A stretch of DNA of 32,000 bases from Methanococcus maripaludis. Its GTDB lineage: Archaea; AGJL01; Methanococci; Methanococcales; Methanococcaceae. Shown one piece after another: positions 9,647 to 20,845 of the stretch. The notes below the pieces were generated by a model. That model ran no database searches and was not told where the DNA came from. It saw only the letters and a program-made list of their open reading frames with translations. The stretch lies in assembly GCF_002945325.1 (NCBI RefSeq), contig NZ_CP026606.1:1470001-1502000 (forward strand). Direction: 5' to 3'. Made by a program: the position numbers and the translations under genes. Position 1 is the stretch's first letter; the number at the start of each line of letters is the position of its first letter.

Positions 9647-11656
9647 ATGGATTTTTATGAATTTAAAGAATATTCCAAAGAAAAATTTCCATATCATGGA
9701 ATGAGGCCCCAGCAAGAAGTTTTGATGGGAAAAATTTACGAATGTGTAACAAAAAAGAAAAATCTTGTAGTTGAGGCTCCAACAGGCGTTGGAAAAACTC
9801 TTTCTTACCTTATCCCTGCACTGTACTTTGCAGAACGCGGAAAACGAGTAATGATTCTCACAGAAACGATTGATCAACAAGAAAGAATCGTAGAAGATTT
9901 AAATTCGCTCAAACACAATTTAAAAGTATCTTTTATGATGGGAAAGGGAAATTTTTTCTGTAAATCAAAAGGGGAAAAGGCAAACACGCTTTACTGTCAA
10001 TTAAATAAAGGCTGTATTTACAGGCCAAACAAAAAACCAGTATGTGTCTGCGGTACAAAAAAAGAAAAAATTGAATTTGATGGAAATACAACATTTTACT
10101 GCCCGCTTTGTCTGTGCGATTATCAAAAAGCAAAAATCGAATCTTTTGATGCAAATATAATCGTGATGAATAACAGTATTTACTATTATTTAAAAGACGA
10201 AATCGACAAAAAGAAACAAACTGACATTGTAATTTGTGACGAAGCCCATAAACTTGAAGGAAGTATTAGAAATGCTGCAACAATTGTTATAAATCCAAAA
10301 TATGCCTTAAGAAGACTTAGATTTATGGCATACCACTACTCAAATTCAAGATTAAGAGTGCATATGGATAGGGTCACTGAAGAAGATGACGAAATTTTCT
10401 GGACGATAGTTGAAGATTACGTTGTAAAAAATGCATCCGGAAAAGATTGTAAGAATTCTTTAGTATTTGATGGATTTAAGATTACTTCATTTGGATTAAA
10501 AGAAGATGTGGCAATTTTGGGAACTCTTCTCGAAGGTTACAACGAAATAGTAAAAATTAAAGAAAAAATTGAAGATTTATCTGAAAATGAAGAACTTGAA
10601 AAAAAAGATTTGAAATTTAAAATCGATAACAAGGCATTAATCCCGTTAGAACTTCAATTTGTTGCAGATAGAAGAATATCCGATGTTCCGATGGTGGAAT
10701 TTTTGGAAAATCTAGGAAATCTTAGGAATATTACTGGAAATTTTGTAGTTTATAAAAATAATGGATCGATTCTTTGCGAACCCGTACTCGTTTCAACGTA
10801 TTTAAATAGACTTTACGGGGATGCATCAGTAGTTCACTGTTCTGCAACACTTGGTGATCTGAAAATTCACGCGATAAAGACAGGAATGGGAAGAAGTGAA
10901 ACACTACTTTTGGACAGCCCATTTTCAAAAGATAGGCGAAACATAATCGCGCTATCTGATGGGGAAGATATGAAATTTAATTCCATAGATTTTCAATCAA
11001 ACAATAAAAAAAGAAACAAGGCAAATGAAAATCTGTTTAAAATGGTAAACGCCGCAAAAGGAAATACTTTGATACTTTTTAAGAGTTTTGGAGATTTGAA
11101 AACGGCTCACGAATACTTTTTAGATGCGAGGTATCGAGGAAATATATACTGCTATGAGTCAGGAATGGATGGAAAAGCCGCAAAAAAATTAAAGGAAGAC
11201 TTTCAAAAATACGGGGGACTCCTTTTAGCAACAGGACGGTTTGCAGAAGGTGTGGATATTCCTGGAGATGCACTAACTTGTGTTATAATAGATAGCCTGC
11301 CATTTCCCGTTCCAACTCCACTTTTAAAAAGAGAACAGACCCTTCTTGAAGAGCGTTTGAAGTCAAGAAAAGTTAAAGATGCTCACTGGAGTGCATTTTT
11401 GATGACATCCTTTCACATAATGGCAAGAACAGTTATACAAATGATTGGACGATTAATAAGGACTGAAACTGATTATGGTGTTGTAGTTATACAGGATAAA
11501 AGATTTAATGATTGGGTTGGCTCAGAAATGCTTAAAAGAAAGTATTTAAAAGACAAATTCCTCCCAATGTCAGTTGATACTGCTACAGAATACATTCCAA
11601 AGTTTATGAAAAAGATGAAAGAAGATAATTTAAAAAATAGCTCTTTTTTTAAATAA
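9647..11656 (+). CDS. XPD/Rad3/DinG-type superfamily 2 DNA helicase
   Basis: FPYHGMRPQQEVLM, Walker A EAPTGVGKTLSYLIPAL, DEAH box DIVICDEAHKLEG, C-terminal FAEGVDIPGDALTCVIIDSLPFPVPTPL and QMIGRLIRTETDYGVVVIQDKRF. Start set to ATG 9647 (MDFYEFKEY) rather than TTG 9563. Confidence 0.92.
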   Translation: MDFYEFKEYSKEKFPYHGMRPQQEVLMGKIYECVTKKKNLVVEAPTGVGKTLSYLIPALYFAERGKRVMILTETIDQQERIVEDLNSLKHNLKVSFMMGKGNFFCKSKGEKANTLYCQLNKGCIYRPNKKPVCVCGTKKEKIEFDGNTTFYCPLCLCDYQKAKIESFDANIIVMNNSIYYYLKDEIDKKKQTDIVICDEAHKLEGSIRNAATIVINPKYALRRLRFMAYHYSNSRLRVHMDRVTEEDDEIFWTIVEDYVVKNASGKDCKNSLVFDGFKITSFGLKEDVAILGTLLEGYNEIVKIKEKIEDLSENEELEKKDLKFKIDNKALIPLELQFVADRRISDVPMVEFLENLGNLRNITGNFVVYKNNGSILCEPVLVSTYLNRLYGDASVVHCSATLGDLKIHAIKTGMGRSETLLLDSPFSKDRRNIIALSDGEDMKFNSIDFQSNNKKRNKANENLFKMVNAAKGNTLILFKSFGDLKTAHEYFLDARYRGNIYCYESGMDGKAAKKLKEDFQKYGGLLLATGRFAEGVDIPGDALTCVIIDSLPFPVPTPLLKREQTLLEERLKSRKVKDAHWSAFLMTSFHIMARTVIQMIGRLIRTETDYGVVVIQDKRFNDWVGSEMLKRKYLKDKFLPMSVDTATEYIPKFMKKMKEDNLKNSSFFK

Positions 11657-11782
11657 TTTAATGCTAATTCTTTTTATCAACTTTATCCACCTATGCACTT
11701 ATATTACATTCAAAAAATTATATATTCATGTAGCACATAGGAATTGATAACTAAAATTTAGAGAGATTTATCGGGTGATTTA

Positions 11783-13030
11783 ATGTTCATGAGGGAAATT
11801 GAATTAAAAGGGCACATAATTGACAGCTTTATACTTGCAAAAGTTTTTGATAGGACTTTAGAACTCGGCGGAGATTATAAGGTTTTGGAATTTGATATAG
11901 GAAAGAAAAAAATCGATACATCATACGCAAAATTATTAATTTCAGGAAATACCCAGCAGCACCTCGACCAGATTTTGGAGGAACTTCAGAATGTTGGTGC
12001 AAATATCCCTGAAATTGAAAATGCTAACTTAAAACCTGCTTTAAAAGATAGCGTTTTACCAGATGGATTTTATTCAACTACAAATCACCCAACACACGTA
12101 AAAGTAAATGACGAATGGATAGAAGTTGCAAATCCAAAAATGGATGCAGTAATTGTTGTTTATCCTGAAGAAAAACGGGCAGAAACAAAAGTCATTAGAA
12201 AGGTAAAGAAAGGAGACTTCGTATTAATTGGCCACAACGGAATTAGGGTAATGCCTCCAGAAAAATCAAGAGAAGCAGGACAGCTTTTTGAATTTATGAA
12301 CTCCGAAGTATCTTCTGAAAAGCCAAAAGAAGCGATTATTAAAAGAATTGCAAAAGAAATGCACGAAATAAGAGAAGAATACAAAAAAACTGGAACTGGC
12401 GGAATTGCGATTGTTGGCGGCCCTGCGATTATACACACAGGCGGAGGTCCAGCTTTAGCAAAAATGGTCGAACTTGGATACATTCAAGCAATTTTGGCAG
12501 GAAATGCCCTTGCAACACACGACATCGAATCCGCATTATATGGAACTTCACTTGGAGTAAATATAAAAACTGCAAAACCTGTAACTGGGGGACATAAACA
12601 CCACATTTATGCAATAAATGCAATAAATGATGCTGGAAACATCAAAAATGCGGTGGAAAGCGGCGTATTAAAAGAAGGTATAATGTACCAGTGTATAAAA
12701 AATAATGTTCCATACGTTCTTGCAGGAAGTATTAGGGATGATGGACCAATTCCTGACGTTATAACTGATGCCATGGTTGCACAAGATAAAATGAGAACTA
12801 CTGTAATGGACAAAAAAATGGTTATAATGCTATCAACACTTCTACACTCCGTTGCAACAGGTAACTTAATGCCGTCATACATAAAAACAGTCTGTGTCGA
12901 TATACAGCCTTCAACCGTTACTAAATTAATGGACAGGGGAACTTCTCAGGCAATTGGGGTAGTTACTGACGTAGGGGTATTTTTAGTCCTCTTATTAAAA
13001 GAATTAGAAAGGCTTGAACTACAGGAATAA
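11783..13030 (+). CDS. LOR/SDH domain protein, TIGR00300-type archaeal ornithine cyclodeaminase family
   Basis: REIELKGHIIDSFILAKVFDRTLELGGDYKVLEFDIGKKK and NAD-binding-like region GGIAIVGGPAIIHTGGGPALAKMVELGYIQAILAGNALATHDIES; GGGTGAT RBS. Confidence 0.8.
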   Translation: MFMREIELKGHIIDSFILAKVFDRTLELGGDYKVLEFDIGKKKIDTSYAKLLISGNTQQHLDQILEELQNVGANIPEIENANLKPALKDSVLPDGFYSTTNHPTHVKVNDEWIEVANPKMDAVIVVYPEEKRAETKVIRKVKKGDFVLIGHNGIRVMPPEKSREAGQLFEFMNSEVSSEKPKEAIIKRIAKEMHEIREEYKKTGTGGIAIVGGPAIIHTGGGPALAKMVELGYIQAILAGNALATHDIESALYGTSLGVNIKTAKPVTGGHKHHIYAINAINDAGNIKNAVESGVLKEGIMYQCIKNNVPYVLAGSIRDDGPIPDVITDAMVAQDKMRTTVMDKKMVIMLSTLLHSVATGNLMPSYIKTVCVDIQPSTVTKLMDRGTSQAIGVVTDVGVFLVLLLKELERLELQE

Positions 13031-13047
13031 TTGTTTTGAGGAATATC

Positions 13048-13707
13048 ATGTCAGAAACACAGTATTCAAAAGAATTAATTAAAAAAGCAGTAGAAACGAT
13101 TTCAAAGGCAAAAACAGTTTCTGCTACTCAAAATTTTGAAAAAAATGAAAATAAAAAAACATTTTCTGATGCAAAATCTGGAAAAATCGATACAATAGAG
13201 TTTAAAAAGGCAGTACATTCACTTTTTGAAGCTGATGAATATCTTTACAAATATGCACCAAATCATGATTTAGACGAAGAAAAAGCCAGAGAATTTTCAA
13301 AACTTTTATTCGATGCACAAAAACATATTAACAATGTTTTAGGCGGATTTGGATTTGATATTGAAACAGTTGCTTTAGATGGGCAGGCTTTGTATATTGT
13401 AAGCAATAAAAAAGTTTTAAAATCATTAAAAGACATCAATCCATATTTAAATATTATTTCAACAGAAGGAGTTTTGGAAATCGAGGATATGAAAGTTGTA
13501 AATCCAAAGATTCCTGAAAAAGCACTGCCTGGAATAGAAAAAAAATGTAAAATTACAAAAGAACAGATTTCAAAAGTTATATCAAATATATCTCCTTCTA
13601 AAGTCGTAGTACTTGTTAAAGATGGAGATGTTGCTGATGAATTAATATACAAACGGGCAAAAGAACTTTACAACGCAGAAAAATTAAATGCTGACGAAAT
13701 ACTTTAA
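13048..13707 (+). CDS. Conserved archaeal protein of unknown function (possibly DUF2100-type)
   Basis: ATG 13048 with GAGGAA RBS, 17 bp after the preceding gene; no recognised catalytic motif. Confidence 0.7.
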   Translation: MSETQYSKELIKKAVETISKAKTVSATQNFEKNENKKTFSDAKSGKIDTIEFKKAVHSLFEADEYLYKYAPNHDLDEEKAREFSKLLFDAQKHINNVLGGFGFDIETVALDGQALYIVSNKKVLKSLKDINPYLNIISTEGVLEIEDMKVVNPKIPEKALPGIEKKCKITKEQISKVISNISPSKVVVLVKDGDVADELIYKRAKELYNAEKLNADEIL

Positions 13708-13743
13708 TTTTTTATTCATTTTTATTTTATTTAAGGTGTTTTT

Positions 13744-14859
13744 ATGTCGATTGATGATAAAGTAAGATTAATAGTTAAGGAATTTAAAGCATACGTTCCT
13801 GGAAAATCAAAAGAAGAAATTGCACGAAATTACGGAATAAATCCAGAAAAAATCATTAAATTGGGATCAAATGAAAACCCATGGGGCTGTTCACCAAAAA
13901 TTGGAGAAAAATTAATAAATGAAGTTTCAAATCTCCACCAGTATCCTCAACCTATAAACCCTGAATTAATGGATGAGATAAGTAAATTCACAAAAATGCC
14001 TGTTGAAAATATTATTGTTGGAGGAGACGGGGCTGATGAAGTAATCGATAACATCATGAGGATATTAATCGATGAAGGCGATGAAGTAATCATTCCAATT
14101 CCAACATTTACGCAGTACGCAATTTCTGCAAAAATTCACGGTGCAAACATAAAATGGGCAAAATTTGACGAAGAAAATGGATTTAAACTTGATTTAGAAA
14201 GCGTTTTGAACAATATAACTGAAAAAACGAAAGCAATATTTTTATGTACTCCAAATAACCCTACTGGAAACGTAATTCCAAAAGAAGATATTAAAAAAAT
14301 CGTTGAAAGTACAGACGCACTTGTAATGATTGACCACGCATATATCGAATATTCAAAGGAAGAATATGATTTAACCAGTTGGGCTTTAAAATATGACAAT
14401 GTACTTGTTTTGAGAACATTTTCAAAAGTATTCGGGCTTGCAGGACAGAGAGTCGGATACGGTGTTACAAGTAAAAAAGTTGTTGACTACATGATGAGAA
14501 TAAAACCAATCTTTAGTTTAACAAGAGCATCGCAAGTCTCTGCAATAACTGCACTTTTGGACAAGGAATTCTTTGAAAAATGCTTAAAAGAAGGAATCGA
14601 AAGTAGGGAAGAAATTTACAATGGTTTGAAAAAATTCAAACAACTTGAAGTTTATCCAACTGAGGCAAACTACATGCTCGTAAAAGTTAAAAACGGTATG
14701 AATTCGAGCGAGTTTTGTGAAGCACTTTTGAAAAAAGGAGTAATTGTAAGGGACTGCTATTCTTTTGAAGGGCTTGAACCATATTATTTTAGAGTTTCAA
14801 TTGGAACATTTGAAGAAAACGAAAGATTCCTAAAGATAATGTCCGAAATAGTTGAATAA
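13744..14859 (+). CDS. hisC: Histidinol-phosphate aminotransferase
   Basis: PLP aminotransferase I/II: [50 protein letters not shown]. Confidence 0.93.
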   Translation: MSIDDKVRLIVKEFKAYVPGKSKEEIARNYGINPEKIIKLGSNENPWGCSPKIGEKLINEVSNLHQYPQPINPELMDEISKFTKMPVENIIVGGDGADEVIDNIMRILIDEGDEVIIPIPTFTQYAISAKIHGANIKWAKFDEENGFKLDLESVLNNITEKTKAIFLCTPNNPTGNVIPKEDIKKIVESTDALVMIDHAYIEYSKEEYDLTSWALKYDNVLVLRTFSKVFGLAGQRVGYGVTSKKVVDYMMRIKPIFSLTRASQVSAITALLDKEFFEKCLKEGIESREEIYNGLKKFKQLEVYPTEANYMLVKVKNGMNSSEFCEALLKKGVIVRDCYSFEGLEPYYFRVSIGTFEENERFLKIMSEIVE

Positions 14860-14982
14860 CTCTTATTTTTTAATTTTATTTTTTTAATAATGTTTTAAAT
14901 TTATCGCAAATATTAAATGTCTTGTTTTTCTATAGTTTCGCTAAAGAAAATTTACAAATTAAAAAATTTCTCGGTGTGTAAA

Positions 14983-16461
14983 ATGGCTAAATTTATCATG
15001 GTCGTAGGAACCTCTTCAAACAGTGGGAAAACCGTTTTGGTGTCTGGAATCTGCAGGATGCTCTCAAACAAAGGTTACAAGGTAGCGCCATTTAAATCAC
15101 AGAACATGAGTTTAAATTCGAGAGTTAGTGTCGAAGATGGGGAAATTGCAGTAGCACAGTATACTCAGGCAATGGCTGCAAGAGCTGAGCCATCTGTTCA
15201 TTTTAACCCGATTTTATTAAAGCCAAAGGGAAATTTTGTATCCCAAGTGATCGTTCATGGAACTCCTTACGAAGATAGGGATTACAATGAATACCGGTCT
15301 AAAAAAGACGAATTTTTGATTAAAATAAAAGAAAGCATTGATTATTTAGATGAAAATTATGATTATGTTGTAATTGAAGGTGCTGGAAGCTGTTGTGAAA
15401 TAAATTTATTAAAAGATGACATTGCAAACTTAAAAGTTGCAGAAATTGCTGGAGCTGATGCAATACTTGTGTCAGACATTGATAGGGGCGGTGTTTTTGC
15501 ATCAATTTATGGAACAGTCCAATTATTGCCTGAAAATTGGAAAAAGCTATTAAAAGGATTTGTAATTAATAAATTTAGGGGAAATATTGATGTTTTAAAA
15601 GATGGATTTGAAAAAATTGAGGAACTTACAAACATTCCTGTTATTGGAACAATACCTTACGATGAAACTTTAGTACTTCCTGAAGAAGACAGCCAGGCAT
15701 TGGAGGGTAAACGAGTATTTGGAAATTTAAAAAGCCCAATTGAAGTAAATGTAGTTAAATTTTCAAAGATTGCAAATTTTACAGATGTTGATCCATTTTC
15801 AAGCGACTGTTTAATGAAATACATTGATTTTAATGAAAATATAACTGGGGATATCCTGATATTGCCTGGAACAAGATGTTCTACCGTTGAAATGGATTTG
15901 ATGAAAAAGTATGGAATGGATAAAAAAATTTTAGAATTTGTGGAAAATGGTGGAATCGTCCTTGGAATCTGCGGAGGATACCAAGCGTTAGGAAAAATGC
16001 TATTTGATGAAGATTTTTCAGAAGGCGATGTTGGAACAATTTCGGGCTTGGGATTATTTGATATGGAAACGACTTTTGGAAATAAAAAGGCAATAAAAAA
16101 TTCAACTGGAAAAATATCTATCTTTAATCAAAATTTTAATGTGTCGGGCTATGAATTGCATGAAGGATATTCAGTTTCAAATGAAACTCCGTTAATATCT
16201 CTTTCAAAAGGTTTTGGAAATTGTGGGGATTCATATGACGGCTCCTTTAAGATGATTGGAGATTCGTATATTTTTGGAACTTACTTTCACGGGATACTTG
16301 AAAATTTTGAATTTAGAAATTACCTCGTAAATCTTGCAAGAAGCAAAAAAAATCTATCAAAAATTGAAGACGACACTTATGCTGAACTTTTCAATGAAAA
16401 TATGGATAAATTATCTAAAATAATTGAAGAAAGTTTGGATTTTTCAAAAATTATAGAATAA
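14983..16461 (+). CDS. cobQ: Cobyric acid synthase (CobQ/CbiP)
   Basis: [46 protein letters not shown]; GAT domain [16 protein letters not shown]; C-terminal [13 protein letters not shown] 14983 has GGTGTG RBS. Confidence 0.95.
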   Translation: MAKFIMVVGTSSNSGKTVLVSGICRMLSNKGYKVAPFKSQNMSLNSRVSVEDGEIAVAQYTQAMAARAEPSVHFNPILLKPKGNFVSQVIVHGTPYEDRDYNEYRSKKDEFLIKIKESIDYLDENYDYVVIEGAGSCCEINLLKDDIANLKVAEIAGADAILVSDIDRGGVFASIYGTVQLLPENWKKLLKGFVINKFRGNIDVLKDGFEKIEELTNIPVIGTIPYDETLVLPEEDSQALEGKRVFGNLKSPIEVNVVKFSKIANFTDVDPFSSDCLMKYIDFNENITGDILILPGTRCSTVEMDLMKKYGMDKKILEFVENGGIVLGICGGYQALGKMLFDEDFSEGDVGTISGLGLFDMETTFGNKKAIKNSTGKISIFNQNFNVSGYELHEGYSVSNETPLISLSKGFGNCGDSYDGSFKMIGDSYIFGTYFHGILENFEFRNYLVNLARSKKNLSKIEDDTYAELFNENMDKLSKIIEESLDFSKIIE

Positions 16462-16559
16462 CCTAAATCTCAATTTAAATTTTTAATACTTTTTTTAAAG
16501 ATTTTTAATATTGGTTCTCACATATTTTTTAATATCTCTATTTTTGGGGAGGGTGACTT

Positions 16560-17237
16560 ATGATCGATGAAAAAGCTAGATCCGAACTTGAATATTACAT
16601 TCGTTATGAACTGAGAGGAGTTTATAAAAGCAGGATGGATGAAGACATTTACGAAATCGAGTTTGAGAATATGTCATATTCTAAATATTTTAAAAAATTA
16701 CTCGAAAAAGATGGCATAAAAACTAAAGATGTAAAAAACATCTCAAAAGTTGCAATTTTTAAGGATCAGTATATTGGAAGAATAATTGCATTATTAAAAA
16801 AAGAGCGAATGGATGAATTAATTGAATCAATGAACTTTCAAACGTCAGTAATTGAATTTATATCTCGAAATTTTAATCCGATAATTACAAGCGGTCGTGA
16901 AAGCGGTATAATTCGTTTTAAAATGATAGATGGTGGGGAAAATTATGCATACAAAGAATTAAAAGAACTTGGGTTCAATGTATCAATTGAAAACGGTTCA
17001 ATAACTGTAGATATTTCCAAAACTGTCAAAGAAATGTTTAAAAGAGTATCAACTGTTTTTGATCTAGAAAATATGACTCCATATTACGCATTTAGTGTAA
17101 CTGAAGACGAAGCAGTTGACAAATGTAAAAAACTAGATGAATTATTCGTACCATACAAATATTCCGATGTTCATCGCGAAATATACATTGATTTTGATTC
17201 ATTAAAATATGAAATATCAAAATTTAATGGTAATTAG
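16560..17237 (+). CDS. Hypothetical protein, 225 aa
   Basis: ORF with ATG preceded by GGGAGGGTGAC-type RBS; no domain recognised. Confidence 0.75.
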   Translation: MIDEKARSELEYYIRYELRGVYKSRMDEDIYEIEFENMSYSKYFKKLLEKDGIKTKDVKNISKVAIFKDQYIGRIIALLKKERMDELIESMNFQTSVIEFISRNFNPIITSGRESGIIRFKMIDGGENYAYKELKELGFNVSIENGSITVDISKTVKEMFKRVSTVFDLENMTPYYAFSVTEDEAVDKCKKLDELFVPYKYSDVHREIYIDFDSLKYEISKFNGN

Positions 17238-17283
17238 AACTTGCTAATTTTAATTAAAAAAAAATAAAAAATGTATTTATTTA

Positions 17284-17673
17284 TTATTCAGTTGGAACAA
17301 ATTTGTATCCGTAGCTGATTACGCCATCGCATCCATCTTCTCTTATTTTTCTAAATGTTGCTTCTACAGGCATTCCTATTTTAACTTCTTCTGGTTCACA
17401 GTCGATTTGGGATGTGATTTTTGTACCTTCTTCAAGTTCCACGATACCAATTACGTAAGGGGACTGTTTTTCAAAGTCTTTAGGTGCAGCGTATACTACG
17501 GAGTAGGTGTACACTTTACCTTTACCGTTTAATTTGTAATCTTCCAATTCTCCTTTTCTTCTGCATTCTGGGCAGACACTTCTTGCAGGGAAGTAAACGG
17601 TTCCACATGTTTTACATTTTGATCCAATAAGGTTGTACCTTTCTTGCATGCTTCTCCAGGTTCTTACTACCAT
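17284..17673 (-). CDS. DUF35 Zn-ribbon/OB-fold acyl-CoA-associated protein (scaffold of archaeal thiolase/HMG-CoA synthase complex)
   Basis: MVVRTWRSMQERYNLIGSKCKTCGTVYFPARSVCPECRRKGEL: CxxC...CxxC rubredoxin-like zinc knuckle, then OB-fold-like sequence. ATG 17673 has GGTGAG RBS; adjacent to thiolase and HMGS. Confidence 0.9.
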   Translation of the reverse strand: MVVRTWRSMQERYNLIGSKCKTCGTVYFPARSVCPECRRKGELEDYKLNGKGKVYTYSVVYAAPKDFEKQSPYVIGIVELEEGTKITSQIDCEPEEVKIGMPVEATFRKIREDGCDGVISYGYKFVPTE

Positions 17674-17711
17674 AATCTCACCGGAAATCATTTTTTAGCT
17701 TAAATTATTAA

Positions 17712-18908
<1,197 letters not shown>

Positions 18909-19958
18909 TTACATTCTAATTTTTCCTCTGTATTTCAAGTAAACTGCATAATCAACGTATTTTTTCTGTTCTAAAAGTTTTTCAGTTGTTATTTCTTTGT
19001 CAACTACTTCTGAAATCCTGTCAGTTACAGTAATGTCAAATGCGTCACTTCCTGCACCACTACCGTATGAAACAACGAATATTCTGTCGTCTGCTTTTGC
19101 ATGGTCTAAAATGTTCGAAAGTCCAAGTGGAACGGCTCCTGAGTATGTGTTTCCTAAATATGGTGTTAAAAGTCCATATTTGTACTGTTCTTCCGTAAAT
19201 CCTAATTTTTTAGCCGCAGTTAGGTAGAATTTTCCATTAGGCTGGTGGAATACACAGTAATCGTAATTTTTTGATGTTGTACCCATTTTTTCCATCATAC
19301 CTTTTGCACCGTTTAAAACGTGTTTAAAGTATGCAGGTTCACCTGTAAATCTACCACCGTGTTTTGGGTAGTGTTCATGTTCTCTTCTCCAGAAATCGGG
19401 AGTATCTGTGGTGTAAGAGTAAGTTCCGTTAAATTTAGCGATAAATTCTTCTTTTTTTGCACCGATAATGAATGCTGCACCGCCAGCTGCTGCAGTGTAT
19501 TCAAGGGCATCCCCTGGAGCGCCTTGAGCAGTATCTGCACCAACTGCCATAGCATATTCCATCATTTCGCTTCCAACTAAACCCATACACATCTGGATTC
19601 CTGCAGTTCCTGCTTTACATGCAAATTCTAAATCTGCAGCTGTAAAATCTGGTGATACACCACATGCTTCAGCAACAATTCCAGATGTTGGTTTTACTGC
19701 GTAAGGGTGGCTTTCACTTCCTACGTAAACAGCACCAATATCTTGTGGATTAATTCCTGCTCTTGATAATGCTCTTCTTGCAGACTGTACTGCAATTGTT
19801 GCAGTGTCTTCGTCAGGTCCTGGAACGCTTTTTTCGTTTACAACAAGACCTCTTTTGATTGCTTGAGCATCTTTACCCCAAGCACCAGCGATATCTTCAG
19901 CTTTTATTCTGTATTTTGGAAGGTCACTTCCATATCCTACAATACCTACTTCTTTCAT
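18909..19958 (-). CDS. Hydroxymethylglutaryl-CoA synthase (archaeal type)
   Basis: [75 protein letters not shown]; RBS GGTGAG at 19962-19967. Confidence 0.95.
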   Translation of the reverse strand: MKEVGIVGYGSDLPKYRIKAEDIAGAWGKDAQAIKRGLVVNEKSVPGPDEDTATIAVQSARRALSRAGINPQDIGAVYVGSESHPYAVKPTSGIVAEACGVSPDFTAADLEFACKAGTAGIQMCMGLVGSEMMEYAMAVGADTAQGAPGDALEYTAAAGGAAFIIGAKKEEFIAKFNGTYSYTTDTPDFWRREHEHYPKHGGRFTGEPAYFKHVLNGAKGMMEKMGTTSKNYDYCVFHQPNGKFYLTAAKKLGFTEEQYKYGLLTPYLGNTYSGAVPLGLSNILDHAKADDRIFVVSYGSGAGSDAFDITVTDRISEVVDKEITTEKLLEQKKYVDYAVYLKYRGKIRM

Positions 19959-19982
19959 TTGCTCACCATTTTTTTGTTAATG

Positions 19983-19992
19983 AACAATTGTT
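19983..19992. promoter_or_regulatory. Perfect palindrome AACAATTGTT in the HMG-CoA synthase promoter
   Basis: Lies between minus-strand TATA-like TTTATATTG (about 20003-20011) and the HMGS start codon at 19958. Confidence 0.4.
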
Positions 19993-20020
19993 AAATTCAT
20001 AACAATATAAACAAAAAAAA

Positions 20021-20710
20021 TTATTTCATTTCTTTTAATCGTTTTAAAAGCTCATCGGTACTTAGTTCGGTTACTATAAGAGATATTCCCTCAAGTTCAG
20101 CAAGTTTAACCGCGAGCTTGTCAAGTTCGGAAACTCCGTTAAAGATCACGACTCTTGGTTTGATGTTGCTTACACGAATTGCAACCATAGGACTTCGTCC
20201 ACCAGAAACTTCGGTAAAAATCAATGCCCTTTCGGTTGTCCAACCGTATAGATTTAAAAAATCTTGACCGTTCATTTCTAAAATAGCTTTAACACTGTCT
20301 ACAACAGTATGGCCAAATAGCTGGTTACTTAGATTGTTTTCGCCACAGATTACTTTTCCTTCGATTGTGGAAAGTAATTCTTTGACTCCAATTGGGTTTT
20401 GGTATTCTTTAATCTGTAAAATCGCCTTCATCGAGGTAGGGTTCAACACCTTGCTCAATGCTTTTATGGTATGCCCGCCTCTTTCTTTGTCAATTTCTAA
20501 GAGTGCATATACATATTTTTTGACGATATTTACTCCTGGATTTTTTCTTCTGCCAACTTCGTAATCACTGATTACAGATGGGGAGACATCTAGGTACCTT
20601 GCAGTTTCTATCTGCGGTATGCCAAACATTTCTCTCCATTTTTTCATGGCTTTACCGATATCTTCGGACAATACAATTTCTCCCATGATATGTATCGCTA
20701 TTTTCTCCAT
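20021..20710 (-). CDS. HTH (XRE/Cro-CI type) transcriptional regulator, archaeal COG1709-like
   Basis: LSEDIGKAMKKWREMFGIPQIETARYLDVSPSVISDYEVGRRKNPGVNIVKKYVYALLEID is a clear HTH. Alternative start at Met 20686. Confidence 0.87.
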   Translation of the reverse strand: MEKIAIHIMGEIVLSEDIGKAMKKWREMFGIPQIETARYLDVSPSVISDYEVGRRKNPGVNIVKKYVYALLEIDKERGGHTIKALSKVLNPTSMKAILQIKEYQNPIGVKELLSTIEGKVICGENNLSNQLFGHTVVDSVKAILEMNGQDFLNLYGWTTERALIFTEVSGGRSPMVAIRVSNIKPRVVIFNGVSELDKLAVKLAELEGISLIVTELSTDELLKRLKEMK

Positions 20711-20766
20711 GGCAGTATATGTGAGCTAATTCTTATATAAATATTTCGATTTAAAATAAAATATCA

Positions 20767-20782
20767 TTCGATATATGTCGAA
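20767..20782. promoter_or_regulatory. Near-palindrome TTCGATATATGTCGAA upstream of the HTH regulator TATA box
   Basis: 14 of 16 positions symmetric (TTCGA-N6-TCGAA), about 35 bp upstream of minus-strand TTTATATA at 20733-20741. Confidence 0.35.
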
Positions 20783-20845
20783 GTGGTCAAAAATGAAAAT
20801 CCAAAAATCAGTTATTTAAATTTGAAAAAATAGTTTTAAAATAGA

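Noticed and set aside
11695-11752. CCTATG...CATAGG inverted repeat in the helicase-OCD spacer
   Set aside because: Six-base arms separated by more than 40 nt; expected by chance in this composition.
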